From positions 11,805 to 75,804 of the forward strand of contig JANLRD010000135.1 of assembly GCA_031368215.1 (NCBI GenBank): DNA of 64,000 nucleotides, written 5' to 3'. Shown here piece after piece: positions 37,259 to 46,184 of the stretch. The stretch comes from Acidimicrobiia bacterium (GTDB lineage Bacteria > Actinomycetota > Acidimicrobiia > Acidimicrobiales > JANYDT01). Made by a program: the position numbers and the translations under genes. Under the pieces are notes generated by a model that was given only the letters and a program-made list of their open reading frames with translations, was not told the DNA's origin and did not search any database. Position 1 is the first letter of the stretch. Every line of letters begins with the position of its first letter.

Positions 37259-37936
37259 GTGGTCGAAAGCAGTCATGTGTCCCGCCCATACGCTCATCGG
37301 TCTGTTGCGTTCGCCCGTCGCGGTCGGGCCGGTTTCGCCGTTGCCCTCGTCCTGACGCTCGGCGTGGGCGCTACGACCGCGATCGTGGCGCCGACGATGG
37401 CGTCCGCCCAGACCGCCGACCGTGATCCCAACGTGCTCGAGGCCCAGTTCATCTCCGGTGTGAACGCGCTCCGCACGAGTCAGGGGCTGGCACCGTTCAT
37501 CATCGACCCGGAGATCCGTCCGGTGGCGATGGGTTGGACGGAGAAGATGGCCGCTGCGGGCAGCATCTCGCACAACCCCAACCTCGCCAAGGAGATCACC
37601 GCGTCGTGGCGCAAGCTCGGGGAGAACGTCGGCACCGGACCCGACGTCGCCTCGGTCGAGGACGCGTTCGAGAACAGCCCGGGGCACCGCCGGAACCTGC
37701 TCGATCCCGAGTTCACCCTTGTCTCCATCACGGTCGTCGTCCGGGGTGAGCGGATCTTCGTGACCCAGCAGTTCCGGACACCGTCGGCGCAGGCCGCACC
37801 ATCGGCTCCGACGGGAGCGCCGACGGAACTGGCCCTGGCCGTCGTGGCGAAACCGGCCGCGACGAAGTCGGCTACCTCGACCAAGACCGCCAAGGGGAGC
37901 ACCCGCCGTACCGTCCGCTCGTCATCGCGGGCCTGA
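37259..37936 (+). CDS. secreted CAP/SCP-domain protein
   Basis: ORF 37259..37936. It has a signal/TM segment, then NALRTSQGLAPF...MAAAGSISHNPN...ENSPGHRRNLLDPEFT. Confidence 0.8.
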   Translation: MVESSHVSRPYAHRSVAFARRGRAGFAVALVLTLGVGATTAIVAPTMASAQTADRDPNVLEAQFISGVNALRTSQGLAPFIIDPEIRPVAMGWTEKMAAAGSISHNPNLAKEITASWRKLGENVGTGPDVASVEDAFENSPGHRRNLLDPEFTLVSITVVVRGERIFVTQQFRTPSAQAAPSAPTGAPTELALAVVAKPAATKSATSTKTAKGSTRRTVRSSSRA

Positions 37937-38054
37937 CTTTCGACCGGCTGGGGCCCGTCTCCGCTGGGTAGCGTTTCCTGCCACGTCGGTGCCGCAGGTC
38001 CGGGCCCGCCGCCCGAGCGACGATGTGTGCAGCGTTCGGGTTCGGGCGGTCACG

Positions 38055-38071
38055 GAAGAACGCCGTTCTTC
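38055..38071. promoter_or_regulatory. 17-nt palindrome GAAGAACGcCGTTCTTC upstream of the amino-acid ABC operon
   Basis: I read it directly from the sequence. It ends 15 nt before ATG 38087. Confidence 0.25.
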
Positions 38072-38086
38072 GTACACTCGTGTCCC

Positions 38087-39067
38087 ATGACCAGGACCTC
38101 ACTCCGGAAACGACGCGCCCTCCTGCTCGTCGCCCCAGCTCTACTCGTCGGCCTCAGCGCCTGTGGTAGCGACTCCGCGGATACCACTGCGGCGCCGGCC
38201 CAGACCGAAGCCGCGTCGACCGAAGCCGCCGCGACCGAAGCCGCCGCAACCGAAGCCGCGTCAGTCGAGACCGAGGCCATGGCTGCCGACACCACCGCCG
38301 CTGTCGCCATCAGCGCCGACTGCGCCAAGGACAAGCTCAGTCTGAAGACCGGCGGCACGCTCACCATCGGCACCGACTCGCCGGCCTATCCGCCGTGGTT
38401 CTCCGACGACGACCCGACGAACGGCAAGGGCTTCGAGAGTGCCGTCGCGTTCGCCGTGGCCGAGACCCTCGGCTTCACGAAGGATGAAGTGAAGTGGATC
38501 AAGGTGCCGTTCAACTCGTCGTACGCAACAGGCAAGAAGGACTTCGATTTCGACATCAACCAGATCTCGATCACCGATGAGCGCAAGCAGGCCGTCGACT
38601 TCTCCGACGGCTACTTCGACGTCAACCAGGCCGTCGTTGCGCTGAAGGATTCGCCGGCCATCTCGGCCAAGACTATTGCCGATCTGGCCAAACTCAAGTT
38701 CGGTGTGCAGCAGGGCACAACGAGCCTGCAGTTCGTCACCGACGTCGTGAAGCCTTCGTCGGAGCCGTTCGTCTACTCGACCAATAACGACGCGAAGGCG
38801 GCCCTCGCGGCGAAGCAGATCGACGCCATCGTCCTCGACCTTCCCACCGCGTTCTATGTGTCGGCGGCCGAGATCGAAGGTTCCGTCGTGGTCGGCCAGT
38901 TCCCGAGCAAGGGTGGCGGAGAGCAGTTCGGCATGCTGTTCGAAAAGGGCAGTCCACTCACGCCCTGCGTCAACGAAGCACTGGCCGTGCTGAAGTCGTC
39001 GGGCAAGCTGGCGGAAATCCAGACCGCTGAGTTGTCGACGGCAACGAACGCTCCGGTCTTCGGCTGA
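38087..39067 (+). CDS. amino-acid ABC transporter substrate-binding lipoprotein (family 3)
   Basis: This is the 3' part of ORF 38027..39067. The ATG at 38087 gives MTRTSLRKRRALLLVAPALLVGLSACGS (lipobox). The SBP_bac_3-like core includes LTIGTDSPAYPPW and FDFDINQISIT. Confidence 0.9.
   Translation: MTRTSLRKRRALLLVAPALLVGLSACGSDSADTTAAPAQTEAASTEAAATEAAATEAASVETEAMAADTTAAVAISADCAKDKLSLKTGGTLTIGTDSPAYPPWFSDDDPTNGKGFESAVAFAVAETLGFTKDEVKWIKVPFNSSYATGKKDFDFDINQISITDERKQAVDFSDGYFDVNQAVVALKDSPAISAKTIADLAKLKFGVQQGTTSLQFVTDVVKPSSEPFVYSTNNDAKAALAAKQIDAIVLDLPTAFYVSAAEIEGSVVVGQFPSKGGGEQFGMLFEKGSPLTPCVNEALAVLKSSGKLAEIQTAELSTATNAPVFG
38204..38278 (+). repeat. 15-nt tandem repeat (4-5 units) inside the lipoprotein linker
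   Basis: Units accgaagccgc(g/c)(t/g)c(g/a) start at 38204, 38219, 38234 and 38249, with a degenerate unit at 38264. They encode (TEAAx)n. Confidence 0.8.
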
Positions 39068-39219
39068 TCGACGTGCTCACCCGTCCACGCTCGCCGTCGC
39101 CCGAGCCATCGTGCTCCGGGCACGGCCGGGCGAGGCGGGCGTCCGCGTGGCCGACGTGACGACGTGAGGCGAACGCTCTCGGTCTTCGTCGTGCCGCGTC
39201 TGTTCGTAAGCCGCGACTC

Positions 39220-40044
39220 GTGCCGCGGCCCGTCATGACCGGCCGTTCGACTCGTCGCCACGCTCCGGCGTGGCGAGGCGGCGTCATTGCCGCCACCTCG
39301 ACCGTCGCCGTGTTCGCCGCGATCATCTTCGGGATCACCTCGACGCCGGGGTGGTCGAAGTTCCACGAGAGTTTCCTGTCGGGCTTTCATTTCCGCAAGA
39401 GCTTCCCGCTCGTGCTGAAGGGCTTCGCCCTCAATGTCCGCGTATTCGTCGTCGCGTTCGTGCTCTGCCTGGTCCTCGGCATGATCGTGGCGGTCATCCG
39501 GATGATCCCCGGGCCGGCGTTCTTCCCGTTCCGCCTCATCGCCATCATCTACACCGACGTGTTCCGGGCGGTTCCGTCGATCGTGCTGATCTACCTCTTC
39601 GGGTTCGGCGTTCCCGGTCTCGGGCTCGACCGCCCGTGGAATAATCCGGTGATCTGGGGCACGGTTGCGATCGTGCTCAACAGCGCGGCCTACGTCGCCG
39701 AGGTGTTCCGTTCCGGCATCCGCTCCATCCACCCCTCGCAGATGGCAGCGGCCCGATCGCTCGGACTGTCACGGGTGCAGGCCCTGCGGTTCGTGATCGT
39801 TCCCCAGGCGATACGACGTGTGATCCCTCCGCTCATCAACGACTTCATCGCGGTCGTCCAGAGCACCGCGCTGCTTTCCACACTCGGGCCACTCGAAGCC
39901 CTTCGTCGGGCGCAGAACTACGCCAGCTTCCGGTTCAACTTCACTGCCTACCTCGGGGCCACCCTGCTGTTCCTCGCCGTGACGATCCCCTTGGCCCGCC
40001 TCGGTGACACGCTCGTGGCCCGACAGGAGCGTCGGAGCCGATGA
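39220..40044 (+). CDS. amino-acid ABC transporter permease
   Basis: ORF 39220..40044. It has multiple TM segments and an EAA-like loop AARSLGLSRVQALRFVIVPQA. Confidence 0.9.
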   Translation: MPRPVMTGRSTRRHAPAWRGGVIAATSTVAVFAAIIFGITSTPGWSKFHESFLSGFHFRKSFPLVLKGFALNVRVFVVAFVLCLVLGMIVAVIRMIPGPAFFPFRLIAIIYTDVFRAVPSIVLIYLFGFGVPGLGLDRPWNNPVIWGTVAIVLNSAAYVAEVFRSGIRSIHPSQMAAARSLGLSRVQALRFVIVPQAIRRVIPPLINDFIAVVQSTALLSTLGPLEALRRAQNYASFRFNFTAYLGATLLFLAVTIPLARLGDTLVARQERRSR

Positions 40045-40808
40045 GCTCCGCCGAGCAGGGAGACCTGCAACTGATCGAATTGCGCGACGTCTTCAAGTCG
40101 TTCGGGAAGAACCAGGTGCTGAAGGGTGTAGATCTCACCGTACGTGCACATAGCGTCGTCGGACTCATCGGTCCGTCGGGCTCGGGGAAGTCCACCCTGC
40201 TGCGATGCATCAACCTGCTCGAGCCGGTCGACTCCGGCAGCGTGTTCGTGGGCGGCGTCGAACTCACCGCCGGGGGTGTCGACGCCGATGATGTTCGCAA
40301 GCGCATCGGCATCGTGTTCCAGTCGTTCAACCTGTTCCCGCACCTCAGCATTCTCGACAACATCACGTTGGCCCCTCGACGCGTCCGTGGATTGGGTAGG
40401 CGTGCCGCGGAGGAGGCTGCGTACGTTCTGCTCGACCGGTTCGGTCTCCGCGACAAGGCGTCGTCGTTCCCGGACAGGCTCTCCGGCGGACAGCAGCAGC
40501 GGGTCGCGATCATTCGTGCGTTGGCGATGGAACCCGAGGTGATGCTCTTCGACGAGGTCACTTCGGCCCTCGATCCCGAACTCGTCGGCGAGGTCCTCTC
40601 CGCGGTCCGCGAGCTCGCGGCCCTAGGCATGACCCTGGTGCTGGCCACCCACGAGATGGGGTTCTGCCGCGACGTCGCCGATCAGGTCGCCTTCTTGAAG
40701 GACGGACGGATCGTGGAGCAGGGAACGCCGGCGAAGCTCTTCACCGACCCGCAGCACCCGGACACGCAGCTCTTCCTTCGCCGGGTCATCGAGGCCGGTC
40801 GCCTGTAG
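40041..40808 (+). CDS. amino-acid ABC transporter ATP-binding protein (GlnQ-like)
   Basis: ORF 40041..40808. Motifs: Walker A GPSGSGKST, signature LSGGQQQRVAI, Walker B MLFDEVTSALD. It overlaps the permease gene by ATGA. Confidence 0.95.
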   Translation: MSSAEQGDLQLIELRDVFKSFGKNQVLKGVDLTVRAHSVVGLIGPSGSGKSTLLRCINLLEPVDSGSVFVGGVELTAGGVDADDVRKRIGIVFQSFNLFPHLSILDNITLAPRRVRGLGRRAAEEAAYVLLDRFGLRDKASSFPDRLSGGQQQRVAIIRALAMEPEVMLFDEVTSALDPELVGEVLSAVRELAALGMTLVLATHEMGFCRDVADQVAFLKDGRIVEQGTPAKLFTDPQHPDTQLFLRRVIEAGRL

Positions 40809-40942
40809 CTCTGCGGGGGCTCGGCCCGGTCGCCCGCTGCGGGTGGTTTCATAGCCAGCCAACGCCGTTCTGGGCCCCAATCCGCACGAAAACTGCCGTA
40901 GCGGGCGATGAAACCAGTGGGAGTGGGCGATGGCCCGAGTGA

Positions 40943-41599
40943 TCAGCGCGCGTACATCTCCAGAGCCCGCTCCAGGGTGGTGCTCACGACGCCGTACTCG
41001 TCGATCACCGCGTCGAGCCATGGCGCACGGGCATGGGCCACGACGGCGACCGGAGTGGGCAGGCCGGAGATCTCGACGGCACTGCGGACGAACGACGTTG
41101 CGTAGTCCTTCGGGCGGATGTCCGAGCTGAGTTCCATGAGCGCGTAGGGATCCGGTGTCCCGCCCGAGACGCGCCCGTCGGGGAACTCGACCGTCGTGGA
41201 ACCAGGTCGTGTACCTCCGCCGGCCAGACCGGTGCCGTCGTCGACGATCACCCCGCGGACCAGCTCCGGGCGGGCGCCGGCGATGAGGACCCCGATGTAG
41301 CCGCCGAGCCCTCGGCCCAACACCGTTGCCGGACCGATCGCCGCGAGGGCAGCGTCGGCATCGGACATGAGCTGCTCGCACGAGTAGCCGCCACCGATGG
41401 CGGACTCCGACTCCCCGTGGCCGCAGAAGTCGAGCGCGTGGATCGGACCAGACCAGGCTGCAAGCTCGTCGGGCACCTGGCGCGGCGAGGATTCGCCGAG
41501 TCCGTGGAGCAGGAGCAGCGCCGCGCCGTCGCCACCTCGGAGAGTGTGGAGCGCGAGGCGCAGACGTCCGTTCGTGAGCATCCTTGTCGTCGTGCTCAT
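40943..41599 (-). CDS. alpha/beta-hydrolase-fold protein lacking the usual GxSxG serine
   Basis: ORF 40943..41599. It has LLLHGLGES and DFCGHGES, but the nucleophile elbow reads GRGLGG. Confidence 0.7.
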   Translation of the reverse strand: MSTTTRMLTNGRLRLALHTLRGGDGAALLLLHGLGESSPRQVPDELAAWSGPIHALDFCGHGESESAIGGGYSCEQLMSDADAALAAIGPATVLGRGLGGYIGVLIAGARPELVRGVIVDDGTGLAGGGTRPGSTTVEFPDGRVSGGTPDPYALMELSSDIRPKDYATSFVRSAVEISGLPTPVAVVAHARAPWLDAVIDEYGVVSTTLERALEMYAR

Positions 41600-42588
41600 A
41601 CGAGGAACTCCAGGATCACGTTCGCGGTCTCGGCCGGGCGTTCGATGTGGATGAAGTGTCCGGTCTCGGCGAATGTCTCGAGGTGTCCGCCGCGCGGGAG
41701 TCGCCCGCGGAGGTCATCGGGCACGGTGCCCCAACCCATCTGCTCGACCTCGAGGCCGAGCAGACCGAGGAAGGGCATGGGAAGACCGGGAAGGCCGTCG
41801 AGGGACCAGGCTGGACGCCACGGACCGAACCCGCCCATGCGCATCATCGGGTCGATCTTCCAACGCCATCCGTCGGCGTCGTGCTTGGCCCCGACGGTGA
41901 CGAGGTAGCTCAGCCACTCCTTGGTGAGGCGGGGATTCATCCGGGCGCGGCGCTTCGCCAATTCGGCGATGGTGCCGGGCTTGCGTTGGCCGTCTGCGGA
42001 CTTGCGCTTGTGGTCGAGCCAGCCGCTCAGGTCCTGCTGCAGCAGACGGGTTCGTTCGTGGTTCGACACATCCGGGGCCGGCCGCATCGACGGCAGGCCG
42101 TCGATGTTGACGACATGGGTGAACTTGTGGGGGAGGGCCTGGGCGAGGCGCAGGGCCATCGCCCCGCCCTTCGAATGGCCGAGAACGGGAGCGGGCTTCG
42201 CCGTGACCATCGACATGACGGTGGTCGCGTCGCGAATGTCGGCCGCCCAACTGGTGAATGGCGTGGCGTCGGAGTCACCGTGGTTGCGGTGGTCCCAGCT
42301 CACGACCCGCCATCCACCGGCCGCGAGCATCGGAGCGAAGACGTCGAACGTGCGGGAGAAGTCGAAGCCGCCGTGGAGCAGGAACAGGGGAGGGGCATGC
42401 TCGCTCCCCCACTCGCACACTGCGATGCCGACGCCGTCGGCATCGGCGCGCCAGTGCCGGTCGGGGACCTGCGCGCCGGGGAAGCTGACGCCGTCTTCGG
42501 AGACGACTGCGCCGATGGACAGGTCCGCCAGGGTGACGCCGCCCTTGGCCCGGGTGCTGCTGATGCGGGTAGCCAGCGAAGTCGTCAT
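41596..42588 (-). CDS. alpha/beta hydrolase
   Basis: ORF 41596..42588. Motifs: FLLHGGFDFSRTF, DHRNHGDS, nucleophile elbow GHSKGG, C-terminal GHFIHIERP. Confidence 0.85.
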   Translation of the reverse strand: MTTSLATRISSTRAKGGVTLADLSIGAVVSEDGVSFPGAQVPDRHWRADADGVGIAVCEWGSEHAPPLFLLHGGFDFSRTFDVFAPMLAAGGWRVVSWDHRNHGDSDATPFTSWAADIRDATTVMSMVTAKPAPVLGHSKGGAMALRLAQALPHKFTHVVNIDGLPSMRPAPDVSNHERTRLLQQDLSGWLDHKRKSADGQRKPGTIAELAKRRARMNPRLTKEWLSYLVTVGAKHDADGWRWKIDPMMRMGGFGPWRPAWSLDGLPGLPMPFLGLLGLEVEQMGWGTVPDDLRGRLPRGGHLETFAETGHFIHIERPAETANVILEFLV

Positions 42589-44132
42589 CGGAGCTCCATG
42601 CGGTTGGGCGTGCCGGGTTCCTTGGGGTCGTCCGACGGCACGCCGCCGATCACGTTCACGGCCCGACCGACGCCCTCGGATGTCATCAGCGTGCGTACCT
42701 CTTCATCTGTGCACATACCATTGCCGACCGTTCGACGCCCATCGGCGAAACGAACGACGATGATCGTTCGGACCGGCGTGCCGTTGCGGTCGTGCTCCAC
42801 GGTGTACGTCTCGATCACGCCTTCGCCGCTGACGCCGTCGACGAGCTCGGGGCCGGTGCGTTCGCTTAGCGGAAGCACGACCTTCGTGGCCAGCCCATCG
42901 GCGCCCGGGAAGGTGGAAGGGTCGGTCGAGAGCACGTTGTATGCGTGCTTCGTGGCGGTCATGCCGAGCGAGCTGACGAGCCCAACGGTAGCCGGGTCGC
43001 CGGGGTCGCGCAAGCGATGTGTCATGGCGGCGAGCCCGTGCAGCGCGTAACTGTTCCCAGGCCCTCCGGCATAAGCGAGCCCACCGGTGACAGTGACCCC
43101 ACGCGGGTCGTCGGTCGCGACGCCCAGTTCGGCGAGTGCCATCTCGACCGCCGATGGGAAGCACGAATACAGATCGAACAGATCGACCCGCTCGACACCG
43201 TGTCCGGCGTGTGCGAATGCCGCAGCCGACGAAGCGCGGATCGCCGGTGAGGAGGTGAAGTCGATGCGCTCGGACGGGGTCCAAGCGTCGACGGAGCTCG
43301 CCCCGCCGAGAAACGCGACCTGATGCTCGGGGGCGATGCCGCGTCTGTCGGCTTCCTCGTTGCTCATGACGACGACGGCCGCCGAGAGGTCGACTTCCAT
43401 GATGGCGTTCATGCGCTTGGGGTAGGGAAAGCAGACCCACCTGTTGTCGGCGCTGGGTGTCGAGATCTCCCCTGGGGTGTAGGCGACTGGGAACCAGGCA
43501 TACGGGTTGGTCGCGGCGACAGCCGCGTTTCGGGCCATGAACGTTCCGAGGAATGCCTGATGCTCGTCGACGGTCCGGCCGGCCTTTGCCCGCAACGCGT
43601 TCTCGAACAGCGGGTAGAAGTGGATCGGGCCGGTCATGCCGTGACGCGCCTCGAGCGACGTGGTGAGAGGTCGTTGACCCTTGAGGAAGTCGCGGTGTCC
43701 CTCGAAGGGGGTCCACTCGAGAGCGAGTTGTTCCTTGATGGCGCGCCGACGTCCGTAGATGCACTCCGACCCGGCGAGGATCGCCACCTCCGCATCGCCG
43801 GCCACGATGCGATTGGCCAGGGTGTTGAGCAGTTCACCCGGGGAGTTCCCACCAGGGGGCACGGTGAAACCCTCGGGCGATGACGTGATGCCCGCGAGCC
43901 CGGCCACCGTGGCGCACACATCGGTGTAGCCCCAGGCCATCGGATCGACACAGGCCAGCAGGGCCGTCGATGCCTCGACCGGTGCGCCGGTCGCCCCGAG
44001 ACTCACGGTGTCGGCGATGGCCCGGCGGATCGCCTCGGCCATCATCGCCGCGGGTTCCCATGGTTCGAACGGTCCGTCGAGTTTGGGGTTGCGTCGGTAT
44101 TGCCCGGCGCCGACAAGTACGGCTCTACGCAT
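42585..44132 (-). CDS. thiolase-fold protein fused to a DUF35-type OB-fold-like C-terminus
   Basis: ORF 42585..44132. The layout is thiolase-like (AEVAILAGSE, VTGGLAYAGGPGN). The C-terminal ~110 aa (GVIETYTVEHDRNGTPVRTIIVVRFADGRR) resemble a DUF35 OB domain. Confidence 0.75.
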   Translation of the reverse strand: MRRAVLVGAGQYRRNPKLDGPFEPWEPAAMMAEAIRRAIADTVSLGATGAPVEASTALLACVDPMAWGYTDVCATVAGLAGITSSPEGFTVPPGGNSPGELLNTLANRIVAGDAEVAILAGSECIYGRRRAIKEQLALEWTPFEGHRDFLKGQRPLTTSLEARHGMTGPIHFYPLFENALRAKAGRTVDEHQAFLGTFMARNAAVAATNPYAWFPVAYTPGEISTPSADNRWVCFPYPKRMNAIMEVDLSAAVVVMSNEEADRRGIAPEHQVAFLGGASSVDAWTPSERIDFTSSPAIRASSAAAFAHAGHGVERVDLFDLYSCFPSAVEMALAELGVATDDPRGVTVTGGLAYAGGPGNSYALHGLAAMTHRLRDPGDPATVGLVSSLGMTATKHAYNVLSTDPSTFPGADGLATKVVLPLSERTGPELVDGVSGEGVIETYTVEHDRNGTPVRTIIVVRFADGRRTVGNGMCTDEEVRTLMTSEGVGRAVNVIGGVPSDDPKEPGTPNRMELR

Positions 44133-44452
44133 TGGTTGCTCCGGTCAGCGGGCGGGGCCCGGTGTTGATACGTACGTCGGCTTGCATGCGGTCACTGCTC
44201 CTTGGTCGTCATCGTCTCCTCGCGCTCCGGTCGGTGGCGGCGAGGACGCACGGCGGCGTCGTTGCTCGGCCTGCCGGCGACGTGGAGCGTCCAGCGACGG
44301 CGCTCAGGCTACGGCGAGATCGCCCGAAGAAGCCATCCGACACTCAGTGCCACGCCTGACCACCGCTGGGCCGTAGGCCGATCGCATCATTTCCTTTTCC
44401 ACCGACGTACAAACGCCGATGAGAACGGGGTCAGTATCCGTCATCGGTAGGG

Positions 44453-45250
44453 TTGGTGATCATGTCCCGCAGGCAGTTCGTCGCATCGGGGCCTCGTCGG
44501 GTTGTCCTGTCGGGACCTTTCGGCTTCCTCACCGGTGCACTTCTCCTCGCCGCGATCGTCACCGGTGCGCCTCCTGCCGGCGTGGCTGCGGTCAGGGCCG
44601 CATCAGTGACAGCGGCGCCGGGGGATTCGTGTGCTGGAGCGGCCCGGGCCGCTGTCGATGCGGCGGGCCGCCAACTGCAATGCGTGACCACCTCGGTCGG
44701 TAGGATCTGGGCATGGGGCGGAGCCCCGACGGAACTCGCCCTGGCCACCGTTCCGGCGTCGTGGTCGGGCGTGCTGGCCGACGAGAGCGGCGCCAATGCC
44801 GAGGCGCCCGTCCCTGTGCTTCCGGGTCGGTATGCGAACAGGGCCGCTATGGAGGCACGACTCGTCGAGCTGGCCAATAACGCCCGGGTGGCCAAAGGTT
44901 TGCGACCGCTGATCGTCGATCCACGCCTGACCCGACTCACCCGTTGGTGGGCGGCGAGCGCTGCTCAACCCGCCTATGCCGGGCGGGGCACCAACCACTG
45001 CCCGGCCAACCTGTGCGCGGTCCGAGCGGCCGAGATCGGCTATCCGAGCTTCGGTGAGGTGATCCGCGCCTGGAACCCGTTTCCGATGGGTGACATGGCC
45101 GACGAGCGCTTCTTCGTCGACTCACCCCGACACATGGCGATCCTCACGAACCCGAAGGTCACCCACATCGGCTTCGGCGTGCAGATCGTCGGGGATGCGA
45201 CGAATCCGCAATCGGTCGTCGTGGTCGGCCAGGTCGGCCGGGCCCGATAG
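44453..45250 (+). CDS. secreted CAP/SCP-domain protein
   Basis: ORF 44453..45250. It has a TM/signal segment, then NNARVAKGLRPL...FFVDSPRHMAILTNPKVTHIGFG. Confidence 0.75.
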   Translation: MVIMSRRQFVASGPRRVVLSGPFGFLTGALLLAAIVTGAPPAGVAAVRAASVTAAPGDSCAGAARAAVDAAGRQLQCVTTSVGRIWAWGGAPTELALATVPASWSGVLADESGANAEAPVPVLPGRYANRAAMEARLVELANNARVAKGLRPLIVDPRLTRLTRWWAASAAQPAYAGRGTNHCPANLCAVRAAEIGYPSFGEVIRAWNPFPMGDMADERFFVDSPRHMAILTNPKVTHIGFGVQIVGDATNPQSVVVVGQVGRAR

Positions 45251-45371
45251 CGCGCCGCCCGGCCGGGAACTTCGGGGTCTGAGTTGCTCTGAGCTGAGCT
45301 GAGAGCAACGGATACCCCGAGCTACAACGGCGCCGAGGTCACCTTCACGGTTCGTCCGGCGCCGTGGCAGC

Positions 45372-46178
45372 ATGGCGGCCATGAGCGAGAACCTCGTCGG
45401 AGTCCATGTCGAAGACCACGTTGTCGTTGTCGAGCTCCAACAGGGTCCGCACAACTTCGCATCAGCGCCGCTGCTGCATGCCGCTGTCGATGCGGTGCTC
45501 GCCGCGGTGGCCGACGGCGCCCGGGCGGCGATGCTGTGCTCGGAAGGGAAGTCCTTCTGTGCCGGCGCGCAGTTCTCCGGTGGAGCGGGGCAGAAGGCAG
45601 CCAGCTTCGGCAGGTACGTCCAGAACGACACCGGATCAGAGATCGGGCCGTTCTACGAAGCGGCGCTGCGGGTGTTCGAGGTCAGCGTGCCGATCGTTGC
45701 CGCGGTCCATGGTCCGGCGGTCGGAGCAGGGTTCGGCCTCGCCACGGCCTGTGACCTCCGGGTCACCTGTCCCGACGCCTTCTTCGCGACGAACTTCGTC
45801 AAGCTCGGAATCCACCCGGGTTTCGGGATCTCGATCACGCTGCCCGAGCTGATCGGGCCGGCGCAGGCAGCTGACCTGCTGCTCACCGGACGGCGGATCG
45901 CCGGTGAAGAGGCGTTCGCCCTCGGCCTGGCCAACCGGCTCGTCGCCCAAGACGATGTCCGCTCCACCGCGCTGGCACTGGCCAAGGAGATCGCCGCGAA
46001 CGCGCCGCTCGCCGTGCAGGCCACGCGGGCCACGCTTCGCGACGGACTCGCCGCCCGCGTGCGCACCGCCCTTCTTCACGAACGCCGCACGCAGGACCGC
46101 CTTGCCGCAACCGCCGATGCAGAAGAGGGCATCGCGTCGATGCTCGAGCGTCGGCCGGGCGTGTTCCACGGGAAGTAG
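45372..46178 (+). CDS. enoyl-CoA hydratase/isomerase (crotonase) family
   Basis: ORF 45372..46178. Motifs: FCAGAQF, VAAVHGPAVGAGFGLATACDLRV, LLLTGRRIAGEEA. Confidence 0.9.
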   Translation: MAAMSENLVGVHVEDHVVVVELQQGPHNFASAPLLHAAVDAVLAAVADGARAAMLCSEGKSFCAGAQFSGGAGQKAASFGRYVQNDTGSEIGPFYEAALRVFEVSVPIVAAVHGPAVGAGFGLATACDLRVTCPDAFFATNFVKLGIHPGFGISITLPELIGPAQAADLLLTGRRIAGEEAFALGLANRLVAQDDVRSTALALAKEIAANAPLAVQATRATLRDGLAARVRTALLHERRTQDRLAATADAEEGIASMLERRPGVFHGK

Positions 46179-46184
46179 GCGCGC

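Noticed and set aside
40844-40917. 9-bp inverted repeat tggtttcat / atgaaacca with a 56-nt spacer downstream of the ABC ATPase gene
   Set aside because: The stem is short and the loop long, with no further structure. It is weak evidence for a terminator or element.
44128-44190. 20-codon upstream ORF (MQADVRINTGPRPLTGATNA) with AAGGAG, overlapping the thiolase-like gene start
   Set aside because: It is very short, has no conservation evidence, and could arise by chance in a 320-nt leader.
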